Shown here piece by piece: positions 36,410-50,519 of a DNA stretch of 64,000 nucleotides. Position 1 is the first letter of the stretch, and each line of letters opens with the position of its first letter. Origin of the DNA: Felis catus (taxonomy: Eukaryota); the NCBI RefSeq assembly GCF_018350175.1, contig NC_058368.1, forward strand, positions 58,034,001 through 58,098,000, in the 5' to 3' direction. The translations under genes were made by a program, and so were the position numbers. The notes beneath the pieces were generated by a model, which ran no database searches, was not told the origin of the DNA, and saw only the letters and a program-made list of their open reading frames with translations.

Positions 36410-37150
36410 CGGCCTTTAAAATGGCCTATGAATTCCTCCAAGATCTGATCACTTCTCTGACCTTATTCTCTATTATCTCTCCAATTGTTTCAGCTATACT
36501 CGTCTCTTTTCTGTTTCCCAAATACATCAGACATGCATCCCACTTAGGGAAATTATAATATCTGCTTTTTCAGGCCTATATACTCTCCCTCATTATCCCC
36601 ATGGCTAACTCCTCATTTCCTTCAAGACTTCAATTTAAGTTATTATAAAACTAATATGTTTTCTAAATAATGTAGAGAACAGAGTATCAAAAATAAAGAT
36701 CCTAGTTTTTTTTTTAAGTTTATTTATTTATTTTGAGTGGGAAAGAGAAAGAGAGTACATGGGAGGGACAGAGAGAGAGAGAGAGAAAGAGAGATAGGGA
36801 GAGAGAACCCCAAGCAAACTCTGCACTGTCAGCACAGAACCCGATGAGGGGCTCAAATTCATGAACCATGAGATCATGATCTGAGCCGAAATCAAGAGTT
36901 GGACGCTGAAATGACTGAGCCACCCAGGCGCCCCTAAAGATCTTAGTTTTGTTTTCCTTTTTCCTATATCAGCTTTCTCTTTATAACACCATTTTATTTA
37001 CTATTTATTATGTTTGTTTATTGATTATTCTCTAACATTTCCTTTTGGAATGTCAACTCCTGGAGGGCAGAAATCTTTGTACAAGAGTGTATTTTAGGTG
37101 CATAGAAAATTTCTGATCACATCAGTAATTACTTGTTGACTATATGAATA
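36410..37150 (+). mobile_element. Old L2 3' fragment interrupted by a SINE
   Basis: catggctaactcctcatttccttcaag and ggaatgtcaactcctggagggcagaaatctttgt…acttgttgactatatgaat resemble the L2a 3' end. Confidence 0.6.
36710..36934 (-). mobile_element. CAN-SINE
   Basis: Antisense body ending cacccaggcgcccc; TSD taaagatc(c/t)tagtttt. Confidence 0.95.
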
Positions 37151-39582
37151 CAGGTAATATTTATTTCTATGGATAAAAACCTTAGTTCAAAATCACTGCT
37201 TTCAAATAATCTTTATATATTCTTGCTCTTATATCTATCTTTGCTTAACTTGTCTACTTAGAAGTCTGTTTCTTCTTTTAAAAAAAGTGTTTCCTCTAAA
37301 TTCTAAACATGTCTTAGCTATTCATTAAATCTGTAAAATCTGTCTCAAATCCATTTTAGAATGAGAAAATTTGACTTCTCTTGTTAGTTAGAAGTGATTT
37401 CTCCCCATACAATACTACTGGAGCACTGATTGGTATCACTTTCTTGTTTTTTAATAAATATAATGCTAATTGTTACTTTGAAAGATTATTAATTATTTTA
37501 CCAACTAATTTATAACTTTCCATGAGTAATTTATGCATATATATGTGTTGCATTGTATGTATATACACATAATTTGTACTTTTCTGTTTCCACAATTAAA
37601 TCACGAAATAGACATTAACTATATGAAAATGACTGTATGAATTATATAAAATAATAAATGATATACACCACTTAATTAATCCATAAGGAAGTGCTCTTTT
37701 TAATTATTTTTGTAGTTTTTTTAGTTGCCAAATAAAAATGTGTGATTTTGGTTTCTCTCTATGGGATGGAAAGAAAAAGAAAATCATTTCTTTAAATGAG
37801 TTTGATATAATTAGGATACTGCTAATTATATTGTATTTTAATAGCTACCAATCAAGGATCCACTAAAGCTCAGTAAGTTCATGTGGAAGGTTAATGGCTA
37901 GAGAAATTAATTCGATTTATTTCCTAATTCAAATTGGAAAGCCACATGAAGTTTTCCTGTCCTCTGCTGACTGAGGGGCAAATGCTCCAGTAACAATTCT
38001 TACAGTATATTAATGATACAATGAAATGAGAGTATTCTATTTTATCTCCAAATTACAGCTAGATACTTCCATGTTTAACAATCATAATAACATTTAAAAA
38101 TAAAAATAATTCTAATCACACTCACATACAGCATTTTATTAAAATAGAGCACTCCATTGTCTTAAAAGAGGTATGTGCCTCACATGTTGTCTATTTACTT
38201 CCCCAATCAAAAAAAAAAAAAAAAAAGTCCTGCATTCTCTTCAGATAGAAGTTAAAAATAATGTCTTTTATATATTTATTAGGTTTAGTTCCAAAGAATG
38301 AGCTAATCTGGTTTACATATTATCTTATTTATTCCCCTTAAAATTATATAAATTATTATACAAGTTATAAAAATTATTACTCAAATCCTCATATTTCTAC
38401 ATGGAGTAAGTACTATTATGAGGGTACAATTATGAATGCAGTGTGAATAGGTATAAGATGGCTCTGGTGATTAGTTCCACTTTTTCAAAAGAGAAAAGGG
38501 TAATTTAGAGGGAAAAGTTTAATAATGTAGTCAAATACAGAAGTCCAACGAGACAAAATCAGCACTTGAACCCAAATCAATACCTAAATCAGATGAAGAC
38601 AATTATCTCAAATCCTTACAATAGCTTTCCATCTCAGACTGTCAAAGGCTTTTTAGGTATACACAATCTACCTTCATGTCTATTGTTTTCTCTACTCCTT
38701 ACCTAACATTCTTCCTTTTATTTTATCTTCTAGAACACAATCGAATTCTTGTTCTTCCTAAAAAATATGTAGATAGAGTCTTTACCAAGGCTCTGCCTTC
38801 AAACACTGATGTTTTCCTTCCTGATATCTTCTAAACCTTTAATCAAATGTCACTTTCACAGTGGCAACCCATGTAACTCTACATTTAGTACCCCTTTCCT
38901 TGATTTATGTTTCTCTATAGCACATATCACCATCTGACCAAATACGTGTTTGACCCATTAATTTGTTTGTTGACTATGTCATATATCTGGAACATAATAT
39001 ACATGAGATTTGGGAGGTTTATGAGTTTTTTTCTCATGTAATTTCTTGGCTTAGAAAAGTATTTGGAACAAGGTGATACTCAAAAAATGTTTCTTGGCTG
39101 AAACTGCCCAGTATTGTCAAATTGTCTCCCAAAGTAGTTGCTCAATATGTTAATGTCCACTCTATGAATGTTCTGGTTTTCACACCACAATTCCCTATGT
39201 TTTGCCTTATAAAACTTGGTTTGTTTGGGAAATTGGCAAGTAGAAACATTTATCTCATCATTACTATAAACTATAATTCATTAAATTATGAGATGTGTTG
39301 AGCGCATTGCCATTTTGTCTCTCTTTTGCTGGTAGCCTGTTCATTTATTTTGCCCATTGTAGATCAACTGTTGTTCCTTTTATTATTGATTTTTAATAAT
39401 TCTAATATATGTAGGAAATTGGTATTTGGGCTATGGGCTTGTTACTCATATTCTTTCATTTCTATTTATTTAGCTTTGCACATTACTTTAAATTATGCTG
39501 TCAATTTTATATATTTTGCTTTCTCTTTTTTCTTATTTATGATATTCTGAGTTACGTGACCTGCTTAAAAAAGCAAAAAATA

Positions 39583-39795
39583 GGGGCACCTGGCTCAGTC
39601 AGTCTGTTAAGTGCCTGACTTCAGATCAGGTCATGATCTCATGGTTCGTGGGTTCGAGCCCCGCATCAGGCTCTGACGGCTCGGAGCCTGGAGCCTGCTT
39701 TGGATTCTGTGTTTCCCTCTCTCTCTGCTCCTCCCCTTCTCATGCTCTGTCTTTCTCCCTCTCTCTCAAAAATAAATCATAAATATTTTTTAGAA
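39583..39795 (+). mobile_element. CAN-SINE with small internal deletions
   Basis: ggggcacctggctcagtcagtctgttaagtgcctgacttcagatcaggtcatgatc…gttcgagccccgc, then (CT)n and aaaataaa. Confidence 0.92.
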
Positions 39796-42247
39796 AGTAA
39801 AAAAATCCTTTAGAGTTAAATCTTAAGTGAGAGAGGAAAAAGCTTATTTGAAAATAAACACAAATAGATTGTACTGAACTATATTAGGTTAACTTCACAA
39901 TTAGGGTAAGCACAAGAACCAAAGGCAATTTGTAAAGAAGTGACCATATTACCTCTTCACTAGAGAATAAACGTCCTGATACATACAGGTCTAAAGAAAA
40001 TATGTCCTGTTTTGTTTTTTTTTTAATTATCTTGGATCTCAGTTTGTTTTTTTTTAATAATTCGCTGTATTGTTCATACTAATACATCCACTATATTCCT
40101 TTCTTGTGTGCTTTTGTGTAAAATAATTACATAAAATGTGTATCATTTATGCGTGCATTTATTTGAATATTATAGATTAGACACAGATGTATCAGGAAAT
40201 TTAAATCATTTTAATATATCATTGGAATTTAAAATATGGACATTTTACAAAAATGCCTAACCTGCTTTTGTGTTTTGCAAGGCTTTGGACTGCTTGCCTA
40301 TAGGGTTAAATGGAATCTTCTGTTCTACCCCACCTTTTGACAATATGAGCATTTTTGGAGACTACCATGGATATTGGAGGGGGAAAATCCTAGGTTGAAC
40401 ATTTCTGTAAATTCATACATTTAATATCAGAGACCTGTCCAGGAGTTTTTGTTTTGTAGTGTAAGTATAAGCATCACATTTATATAGGTGAAATAAAAGG
40501 TTTCAACTGATTCAATAATTTATCCAATATGACAATGTTGCACAGCTTTTACGTAGTAACATTGGACTTGAGCTGTTGCCTCATAATTAAAAAAAAATCC
40601 TTGTATTATTACACGTTATTTAAGCTAAATCCATTAAAACACACTGACCTAATTCTAGTATTTGAGTAAACAAGAGATTCCTTTTCTGTCATCTACATCA
40701 GAATTTTAAAATTTGAGACCTATAAGATCACAAGGAAGCAGCCACGCAAAAACTGCATTTAAGCTTTCCAAACACAATGGGAAGAAAGGATATTAGATCT
40801 GAGAGAGAATGAATTTGACATAATGAAGCGAAAGAAGAGTAGTGAGGCAAGAGAGGAGCAAATGGGATATAGGGAGGCATCAGAGAGAAGGCGATTACAA
40901 GAGAACAGAGTAGACAGAAGCCAGATCTTGCAGTCATTACTTTTTAGTTTATTCATTTGCTTTTTTATTTAAGTGGTTTACAGCTATAAACACACTTGAT
41001 CATTTTATTTTTTATGAGAACCGCAGCAATACAAATCTAATAGAATCACCAAAGGCGGTGGACTAGAGTGAAATAGACAGTCTATGAAAATATCCTTAGT
41101 TCTATATTTGATTCAACATAATAATAAAAGCAGATGAATGCTATATATTTGATAAATGTCTTCCTTAAATTCCCTTTATATTATCATTTGGGGTATAATA
41201 AATGAGTAAATGTATCCATTTATTATTAGCATGTTATTAAAGCTGCTTGAGGATTTTAAAAATATTTATTCCAGATAGCAGTAGGAATAGAGAGTAATAA
41301 TTTATATAACAGGAAATTTTATGGATATTAATCTGATAAATTGTATTGCTTTGCTATAGCACTCTGAATTTTGTGATTTAAGAATATGAGACTTTTATTA
41401 TGAAAGATAACTTACTATCACTTAGTGACTTTGTATAAGTTCTTAATTTCAGTTCTAATTTAAATGACTCCATTGTCCTATTACACTGGGGAGGGGGAAA
41501 TAAATGTGTCACCTTGCTTCAAAATGTGAGGAAGTGTCATCTTTGATATTATTAGTCCCTGCATTGTGTTAGGCAAGCTGATTTTATGTGCTGGAGCAAA
41601 ACCCATGGCTCATAAACTCAACAGAGGTGAGTGAGTTATGATGGTCTTGGAAATACGTTAATGAAATCCTGCAAACATCAGTATGGTACATTAGTCTTCA
41701 TCACATTTGGCTTTATTAAACACACAGATAGATGGGAGGCTGTCATGTATGCCAATTGTTTTGCTTTTTCAAAATGACCTGAGGAAATATAAAGTTTTTC
41801 TCTTTTTTTCCCAGCCATTTTAACATCATGTGTAAATGATAAAATTTCATAGTTTGGTGATTTAAAGAATGAGACCGTTTAGGATTTTGTCATCATGATG
41901 ATTTAATATTCATCAACAATCTTTAATACATTGAACACCACACCAAAAAAGGACACTGCAAAGACACAGTCTCTGCCCTTAATTTATGTTTGCTTATTTT
42001 CTCTAAAGACTAGAAAAAATATTGTTTGCTTCAGGGTACATGGTTTGAAAGCTGAACTTTTCCATCAGAACCAATGGGGCTTACACCACAGGAAGGCATT
42101 TTAAAACAAAATAGACATTAAAATGAAAGTTATGCCAACTAATAATAAAAATTCAAATGTACTCATTGAAGAAAAAATTTGCTAATGACTGTTCAGTTTT
42201 GAGTTCAAATTAAAAACACAATTTATAATCAGAATTTCTTTTTTCTT

Positions 42248-42475
42248 TTTTTCTTTTTAAATTTTTTTTTAATGTTTATTTAGTCTTGAGAAATAGAGAG
42301 ACACAGAGCACGAGCAAGGGAGGGGCAGAGAGAGAGGGAGACACAGAATGTGAAGCAGGCTCAAGGCTGTGAGATGTCAGCATAGACCCCAACGCAGGGC
42401 TCAAACCCACTGACCACGAGATCATGACCTAAGTCGAAGTCAGATGCTTAACCGACTGACCCACCCACGCACCCC
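42248..42475 (-). mobile_element. CAN-SINE
   Basis: T-rich tail, (GA)n tract, body ending ccacccacgcacccc. Confidence 0.93.
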
Positions 42476-42771
42476 AAGATTTATTTTTTCTACTTTGGGG
42501 TAATATATAATATGTCATGCAATCACTTTCGATTGTGAAACTGAAAGGTAGCAGTCACTGTCAACAGATGATGAAATATATACCTTAAAATGTTATATCA
42601 ACTGTATTCTGAATGCATACTTGAGCCCTGGGACATTCCTTTAATATATTTTTTATACTACTGTTAAAGTAAAGTATCTCAAACACCAAATTCATCTCAT
42701 CCTTCTTTTCAAACACAGTTTTCACATATTTCCAACGTATATTTCCTCTCCTGCAGCCACATTAAAAAAAA

Positions 42772-42830
<59 letters not shown>

Positions 42831-42920
42831 GTTATATAATATATATATTTATATTATATAGTGTATATATACACATGTATATATGTATATATTATAATAT
42901 ATATATTTATATTCTATAAT
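42772..42920. repeat. (TG)n(TA)n compound microsatellite with TA-rich tail
   Basis: Read directly; the unit tataatatatatatttatatt occurs twice in the tail. Confidence 0.92.
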
Positions 42921-43399
42921 ACATCTAATCTGCTTGTAATATCATCCTACTCTGTAATATATATGTAATATCATTCTTTGGTTATCTTTATTTACTTCCC
43001 TTATCATGGCAAAGTAAAGATTATGTTACACAGCACAGCATTATTCAAGTTCTCCAGGGAAAATTTTCCTTTGTTTCAGTTGCTGCTGTTCAATTTTTGT
43101 GATGATAATGATTATTACAATTATTATTCTTAAATTTTGGTATCTCTATTCCTGGTCACAATATAATGCTGTACATTGTCTAAGCACTCAGTGTCATTAG
43201 CTGGCTATATAAATATATACTATTTATCTATAGATACAAATTTGTATAATACATACTACATGAATATATGTATATGCATATACATGTACACGTATAAATT
43301 ATGACTTTATAATATCCACAAATCCAGAATCATATCATATTCCACAAGACCAACTATAAAATCAAATTTGAGATGTGGAATCTTATAAGACAAAATAAA

Positions 43400-44330
43400 G
43401 CAACTTTTACAATTACACCTCTGAAGAAAACTTAGGTGTAACTATAAAAATGTACCCCTATGGTGCTAGACAAGGATATGAGAAACATACTTTTCTATAT
43501 GCTAAACTTATAAATATGAGTGCATTTGCCAGAGATCTTGAATTTGGTGTGCTGCCACAAACGTAGTTGTAATTGATTTCTCAGTAAGAGTTGATCATAA
43601 CCTGACTCAGTGGGATTCTACAGAAAATGAAGTTGAAATTCCAAAAATTCCTTGCCGAAATGGAAAGGTAAAATCCCAAGTGTATTGAACATAGGAATGG
43701 TGTAAGGGAATCTTATACTGTTTGCTGTGCTCCTCTACCATTTAGACATATTCCCTGATGAGGTAAAAACAAACAAACAAAAAAAAAAACAATCATTTTA
43801 GCAGGCACTGAGAAATGCTTCAGTGAGGAGACAGCAAGCATAAAAATATTCTTTGGGCTGTTTTCTAAGAACCAGAGATGTGGGTGGTAAATACTGTTAA
43901 TGAAACATGCTATCTGATTTCAGTGTGGATGGTAAGATGATTGGTGTGACAGAATTCTAGTATTTGCCAGAGGTAACCCTCACAGTTCCTGGGCAGAATA
44001 GAATGATCTGCAAAAGTACTTTGTGGTAACTAGCGTTGGTTCCACAAATATAAGTGGGTGCAAGTCATATAATTATACAATTAGGATTGTGTAATTAAAA
44101 GAGAAAAACACACCCACAGATCTGGTAAAAAGTGCCCTAATTTGAGTCACTACAATACAAAAGCTCTACCCTGGATTCATTTTCTAGTCATACTCTATAG
44201 GGATCCATACAGTATCCTTGAGTAAAAAGTACAATATGACACTACATACACCTGTTATAAATCATAATTATAACTTTTCCTAACAGATATATGCCATCTG
44301 CCAAAGTAATTCTGTACTTGATAAATTAAG
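43400..44330 (+). mobile_element. Degraded ERVL gag-like fragment
   Basis: ggtgctagacaaggatatgagaaacatac…gctaaacttataaatatgagtgcatttgccagagatcttgaatt…gaagttgaaattccaaaaattccttg resembles ERVL gag (from memory). Confidence 0.55.
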
Positions 44331-44399
44331 TTAATGAAAATTTTCATATATAATTGTATAATTTTCCTGTTTTATATTCAGTTTTACAACTCAGAATGG

Positions 44400-45400
44400 C
44401 ACTGTTGTCATGGTGGTGGCTTACCAATTTGAGGTTACAAATATGTTTGCTCATGTCTGTCTTACTTATCAGTCCTTTATTAAGTAATAGAAATCTAGTC
44501 AGTATTCCACATTTAATATTCCCTTTGGAGCTCCTACAAGACCCAAGGGCAGTTTTTTCAGTACTGTCAATCATATGACCAGAAGAGGTAATTCTAATTT
44601 AAAGTTGCCATGGAGGTCCTCTGGCTTAAAATCACTCACCAGGTTGGCGAATAACTACTCTGAGCCTAATACATTTTTTGCAAGGCTTCCAATACCAATC
44701 AAAGGCAGCAATCTTCTTGCACAGTAATTGTTTTTGTTGTCTCATACTGATGAAATACTGAATCAATTCCCCAATGTTTTCCCCTCTTCCTAGCTTCATC
44801 TCAACTGATAATAGCATAAAGATAAGTAATTATGGCGTGACAATTTCCAAAAGTTACTGTCATCTCAAACACCATCATCAGTGGATTCATTATCATCTGA
44901 GGTGAGGTAGGAATCCAATTCTGAAATTCCAATTTGAGGGCTTGTTTTCTGAAACAGACCTAAAAGAATAAACCTTACACACAGACTAAATGTCAAGACA
45001 TTTTTTGAAAGGTACAATCCTAAGAGAATAAGAGTAAGACAATAGGGATGTGAGACAGGAAAAAAGATAGGAAGAAATACATAATGAAGCATTACTCTCT
45101 GGTTATTGCTTCACATAAAGCTCTATGGAAACACAGCTGTTTCTGTAACAGATATTTCTATGTGGTCATATGGACTGGCTTCATGGAAAAATTGCATTGA
45201 GTAGTTAACTGAAAGCAGAAAAGGGGAAATAATTTATCTGTCTATTACCCTCTCATTTCCTGTTTGATTTGATTCAGACAAGAAGGTTCATTGCCTAAGG
45301 CTGACCAGCCTCATAAGCTAGTGGTTCTGTTTTAACCAACATGACCTGCCACTCCACTGAGCAGGAATCTGATTTCTAGTGTGGCTGTATAATAGGTCAA
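44400..45400 (-). mobile_element. Ancient ERVL LTR (LTR40/41/50-like) plus leader and start of gag
   Basis: Reverse strand reads cagaaaacaagccctcaaattggaatttcagaattggat (similar to 8295-8340) and ggacctccatggcaactttaaa (similar to 8600-8630); LTR-like block at about 44955-45400. Confidence 0.5.
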
Positions 45401-45479
45401 CTAATACAAACATTAAGTGTGTATGTGGGAGTAACTCTTTGGTGGAGTTAGTCTGCATACATAAAACCAAATCAAACCA

Positions 45480-47800
45480 AACCAAACCAAACAAAACAAA
45501 ACAATAGCACTGCTAAAAATCTTTCTGTGAGCACAAATAAAATTTGATTGCAACATTACACCATACACAAAATCATTTCTAGAAAGTTTAAAAGCAAAAA
45601 TATACACACATAATGTAAAACATTTTGAAGAAAATTCAAAATATCTTCTTCATGTCCTTGCTAGAGGGGGTTAGTATTTTAACAAAACAGAAAGTTGAAA
45701 TAGTAATAAAATATTGAAATAAAATTTACCTTAAACTCTAAGAACTATTGTTCAGGAGATACCACAGAATGTGTATAAAGTAAGCCACAAACTGGGAGAA
45801 GACATGTGGAAAACATGTAGGTAACAAAATAATAGCAAAAGATTATATATAGTACCCTGAAGAATAAAGGAAAAAAAGACAAACAAGTATATAGATAGAC
45901 AGACAAAATCACAGACCATTATTAGAAAGAATAAGAATCATGTTGGCATATTAGTAACTAGTAACAATCTATATAATCAGTAATTAAACCACAATGATAT
46001 ACTATTTGAAACTGATTGAACTGGCAAATACAAATGTAAAATTATATAACATCAGAGAGAATGTAAAGCAAAAATCCTTTAGTGACCTAAGGATAAAAAA
46101 AGTTCTTAACAAAAGAAAATTAATAACACACCTACATCAAACATTTTAAGTGATGGAGAAATGGTACCTTTATTCTCTAAGATGGAAATAAAACAGGGAT
46201 GCCTACTATCATCTCTCATTCTTTACATTGCACTATGTATTCCAACCAGAACTATAAGACAATAAAAAAGGGAGAGACGTTAAGATAGAAATGAAGGTAA
46301 CCAGACTGCCTTTGCTTATAGGCAGTATTATAAAAAGATTTGATCCCATTCTCATCTACAAATATTAGAAATAATAAGATCAGAAAGATTCTGAGTATAA
46401 AAATTGATTCACAGAAATAAATTGGATTTGTTTTTAAGAACAATAATCAACTAAAAGAGTACTGCGTAAGACAACTTACAGTGTCAACAAAAACTATAAA
46501 TTACACATTAATATATTTAATTCATATTTGCATGAAGGGGATGTTAAAATTTATCAGAAAGTCATAAATGATGGTCAGAATAAATGGAGATACTAAGCAC
46601 ACCATTAAATGGTGAAGGTGATATTATGAGGATATCAATTAATTTGAAAATAATCTATAAAATTATTTAATATATATGATATGTATCTAAATCATTTTAA
46701 AAGTAGACTAAAGGAAAGAAATTAAAAGAAATTCAGACATATTAAACCAGTTTTTTAAGAGGGCAAATCTACCAACGGGAATAAATAGAAGGTTCAGATA
46801 TCTATTTATATATCTCTATCTATGTATCCATGTATGTATGTATGTATGTGTGTATCCATCTATCTAGATTTATGCTAGGATAAATATGGGGAAAACAAAT
46901 CAATATATGAATGATAAACTATTTAATCTACCATATCAGGCAAGCTGGCTCAGTCTCCTGAAAATAAAAGGAGATCTCTGCAGCATCTACAGAGGTGGAC
47001 TACAGATTCATCTAGCTTAAATGTGAGTAAATAAATAATGAAATAATTACAGTGAAATATAAATCCTATATGTTGCACTTAGGAAAGGAATTTTGAAATA
47101 GCATTATCTTAAAGTATAAAAAATAGCATGACAAACTGATGGATTAAACTATATACATATCATATGCAAAGGTTAAGAAAGTTATATTCAAACTCAAAAA
47201 CCTACCAGAAGCTAAAACCTAAAATAAAAGAGATCTTTGTGAATCACTAAGAAATAAAGCAAGAAATGCATGGAAAAATAGAGAACTATATAAACAACAT
47301 TTCACAGAGGATAAAACTAAAAGAATTCTGTACAAGGTACACAAAATCATAACTAATAAATGAAAATTAAAAAAATACCATATTATATCCATAATTTCTC
47401 TGCACTGCTGGTAGAAATTTGGCTGGTGCAGTAATTGTGGCAAGTAGTCTAGTATACTCAGTCAAAATACATTCTATGATTCAGCAATCCCTTGCCAGAG
47501 TATATAGCCTAGAGAAATTTCACATAATCCTGGAAGATGAAATGTGTCCAGACCTCATTTCAGCATTCTTGTAATGGTGTTTGGAAAGTTTAAATTTTTA
47601 TTTCTGAGGAAACAGATAAATAGTGGATACACCCTATATAATAAAACGCAGCAGTCAAAGGAAAGAAACTAGTGTATGTACACCTTTTAAATGTAAACAG
47701 ATAAAAAGTACCATATTTTATATTGCTAAGTCATTTAGATGCATTTTAAAATTATATCCTCCCCAAATAAAAGGTAAAGACAATTCAAGGGTATATATTA
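45480..47800 (+). mobile_element. Ancient L1 (L1M-type) ORF2 remnants
   Basis: A-rich; aaaacagggatgcctactatcatctctcattctttacattgcacta near 46190 is a decayed RT motif (KQGCLLSSLILYIAL versus RQGCPLSPLLFNIVL); tatgattcagcaatcccttg near 47475. Confidence 0.7.
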
Positions 47801-48350
47801 AATACACTGGAGTACCTATAAGCTGATGAGGATGAGAATGAGAAAGAGTAAGAAAGATGGAATATATGGATACAGTAATGAACAAATGAAACAAACGAAA
47901 AGACAATGGATGAAGAGTGTGCTGTAATTCAGTTGTATTTCTAACCTAATTCTCCACACATAAAGAAAGAAAACAAAAAGAAAACAAAAGTCAGTGCAAT
48001 AATTGGTCAGGAAAGCTAGTATAACCAGGTGATAGATGATTAAGAAAATTATGACTGTGACATAGTTGTTAATGACATGCACATTTCCTATTTAGTTTGG
48101 GGTGCTTAGATAGCTGCACATATCACCGTGTCTAGATGTTAGTGAGGTTAGGTTCAGCAGTATATTCTATTCCCTGTTGATATTTTCAAAATGTGATAAT
48201 TCTGGTATTTATTAGATTTGGAGATTCAGTTTTCAAATAACTTACCTAAAATACAATAATAACACAAAAGAAATAAATGCAAAATGTAAAATCTCTCTAT
48301 TATGCTTTATCTAAGAGATAAAAATTGTCAGATGATATAGTTCCTGATTC

Positions 48351-48666
48351 ATTATGCTAAGCAAAATATGTCAGTCTGAGAAAAGACAAACACTATGTTT
48401 TCATTCATATGCATGAATTTAAGAAACAAAACAAATGGTCAGAGGGGGAAAAAGAGACACAGAGAAATAGACACAACTATATAGAACACACTGATGGTTA
48501 CCAAAGGGGAGGTGGGTAGGGAGGTAGATTAAATAGGTGATGGGTATTAAGGAGTGAACTTGTGATGAACACCAGGTGTTGGATGTCAGTGTTGAATTAC
48601 TAAATTGTATACCTGAAACTCATTGTATACTGTATGTTAAATAACTGGAATTATTAATAAAAAAAA
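48351..48666 (+). mobile_element. Older carnivore L1 3' end
   Basis: attatgctaagcaaaatatgtcagtctgagaaaagacaaac…ctgatggttaccaaaggggaggtggg…tgtatacctgaaac…aataaaaaaaa. Confidence 0.88.
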
Positions 48667-49472
48667 GGTTCTTCAAGTAATTAGTCAAATTTTATAACTA
48701 AATTGTTTGAATTTATTTCTAATTCTGCTAATTAGTGGAAGTACAAAAAAAAGATAGTTACTAACTCATCTACTCATTTTTTAAAACATCCATTTTCAAA
48801 TAGTTTACCTTTAACAATATATTTTCAAAATCAGTGAACTGATTGAATAATTTTGTTTCAGAAATTACATTTTGATGTGCTATTTTTTCTTAATCTTTAA
48901 CTAAAATCAAGGTGTAAAATATAATCCTACTTTTGTCCCCAGATTTCTCAGAGGCAGAATCTTAAGGGCCCCATATCTTGATTCTAGGACAATATTAGAA
49001 GTCTTTAAAGATAATTAAAAAGTTTCCTCAATCATGTCTCAATTTAGAAAAACTACATATTTTAAGAATTTGCATTTGTAACTAAAATGGTTATTGGAAT
49101 GAATCTGTGTGTCTTATAGAACCACTGTCAAATTTGGGTTTTTTTTTATTGAAAGTTAAATATTTCTTTATATACATGTATTTCTGCAACTTGTGTGGTA
49201 GAAGGCATGTTATTAAATACAGGTTAAAATGGTATCTGAGAAAAATGAATTAGGTTGTTCAGAAACTTGGAAATTAGGAAGAGAAGAGTGATGAATTGGA
49301 GGTTAAGAAAATTGAGGTCAAGGCTTAGTCTTTTGCTGGAAAAGTGTTGTGTGACTTGAGATACACCATTTTCCCATCTAATTTTCTAATTTCCTAACCT
49401 GAAAGAAAAAGAAGGATCTAGAAGACACTTACACATTGCATATTTCTAGAATTATTTAAAACATAAAGGGTC

Positions 49473-50340
49473 CATTCATTCAACAAATCCTTTCTGAATG
49501 CCTACTGTGTGCAGACATTGTTCTGTATGATAAGGAAGCAGTGATACAGAGTGAAGGGAAGAAAAGTTGAGGACTAATGCAAAGGAGTCATTATAATAAA
49601 TAATGGCTCATGAAACTTAACCTACAAACAAGGAAAGAAATATCACCAGAGGGATGAGGAATAAGGGGCTTTTAAAATGTATTAGCAACAAGAGTTTTAG
49701 ATCTGGGTAGGATCAAACCAGTTTGGGGTTGTAGGACTCAAAGTATTACACTGGAATGATAAGAGGTTGGAGAGTGACATGTTTGAAAGTGAGATAATAA
49801 AGGTGATAATGAAAGTTTTTGGGAACAGAAAGATTTCAAATATCCTTATTTCAGAGCTGCAGCTTCTGCACTGATTCCATCATTAGCGATCCTCTCCACT
49901 CATTATCACAAATTTTGGGGATATATATAAGTTGGATATAAAGTATAATTGTATATAAGTTCAGGGAAAATTTCTGAGCTTAAGAGACATATTTGTGAAT
50001 TCTCAGCTTAAACACAGAATTTAACAGCCTGGATGGATGAGGGGACTGTGGGAGTGAAAGCAGACAGACATGAAAGGAGGTTAAGGACTGGTACAAACAA
50101 CGTGTAAAGGTTAGTAAGTCATGAACAGTCCAGGGAGACAAGTAATGACTAGCAATGGAGTGCTGGTCTGGGAATCAAGTGAAGAGTATGTTTGAAGAAG
50201 GAGGTGGTCAGACCATGTCAAATGCTCCTCATAGATAAAGACTTAAGATTAGCTTTTGGATTTGTCAATGTGGGTGTCATCACTGACCTCATTTACAAAT
50301 CATTGTGTGGACAAAATTCTGATAGGAGTGGTAAATAGGA
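49473..50340 (-). mobile_element. Old L2 fragment
   Basis: cattcattcaacaaatcctttctgaatgcctactgtgtgcagacattgttct (antisense L2 3' end) and gtcaaatgctcctcatagat…ttggatttgtcaatgtgggtgtcatcactgacct. Confidence 0.65.
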
Positions 50341-50388
50341 AAAAAATATGAGAAATACTGAAATACTCATGATTGCAAATAGATTTCA

Positions 50389-50510
50389 TCCTTCCTTTCC
50401 TTCCTCTCCATTCTTCCCTCCCTCCCTCCCTCGCTTCCTTCCTTCCTTCCTTCCTTCCTTCCTTCCTTCCTTCCTTCCTTCCTTTCTTCCTTCCTTCCTT
50501 CCTTCCTCTT
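50389..50510. repeat. (TTCC)n polypyrimidine microsatellite
   Basis: About 120 bp, almost all C and T on the + strand. Confidence 0.95.
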
Positions 50511-50519
50511 TCATGATAC

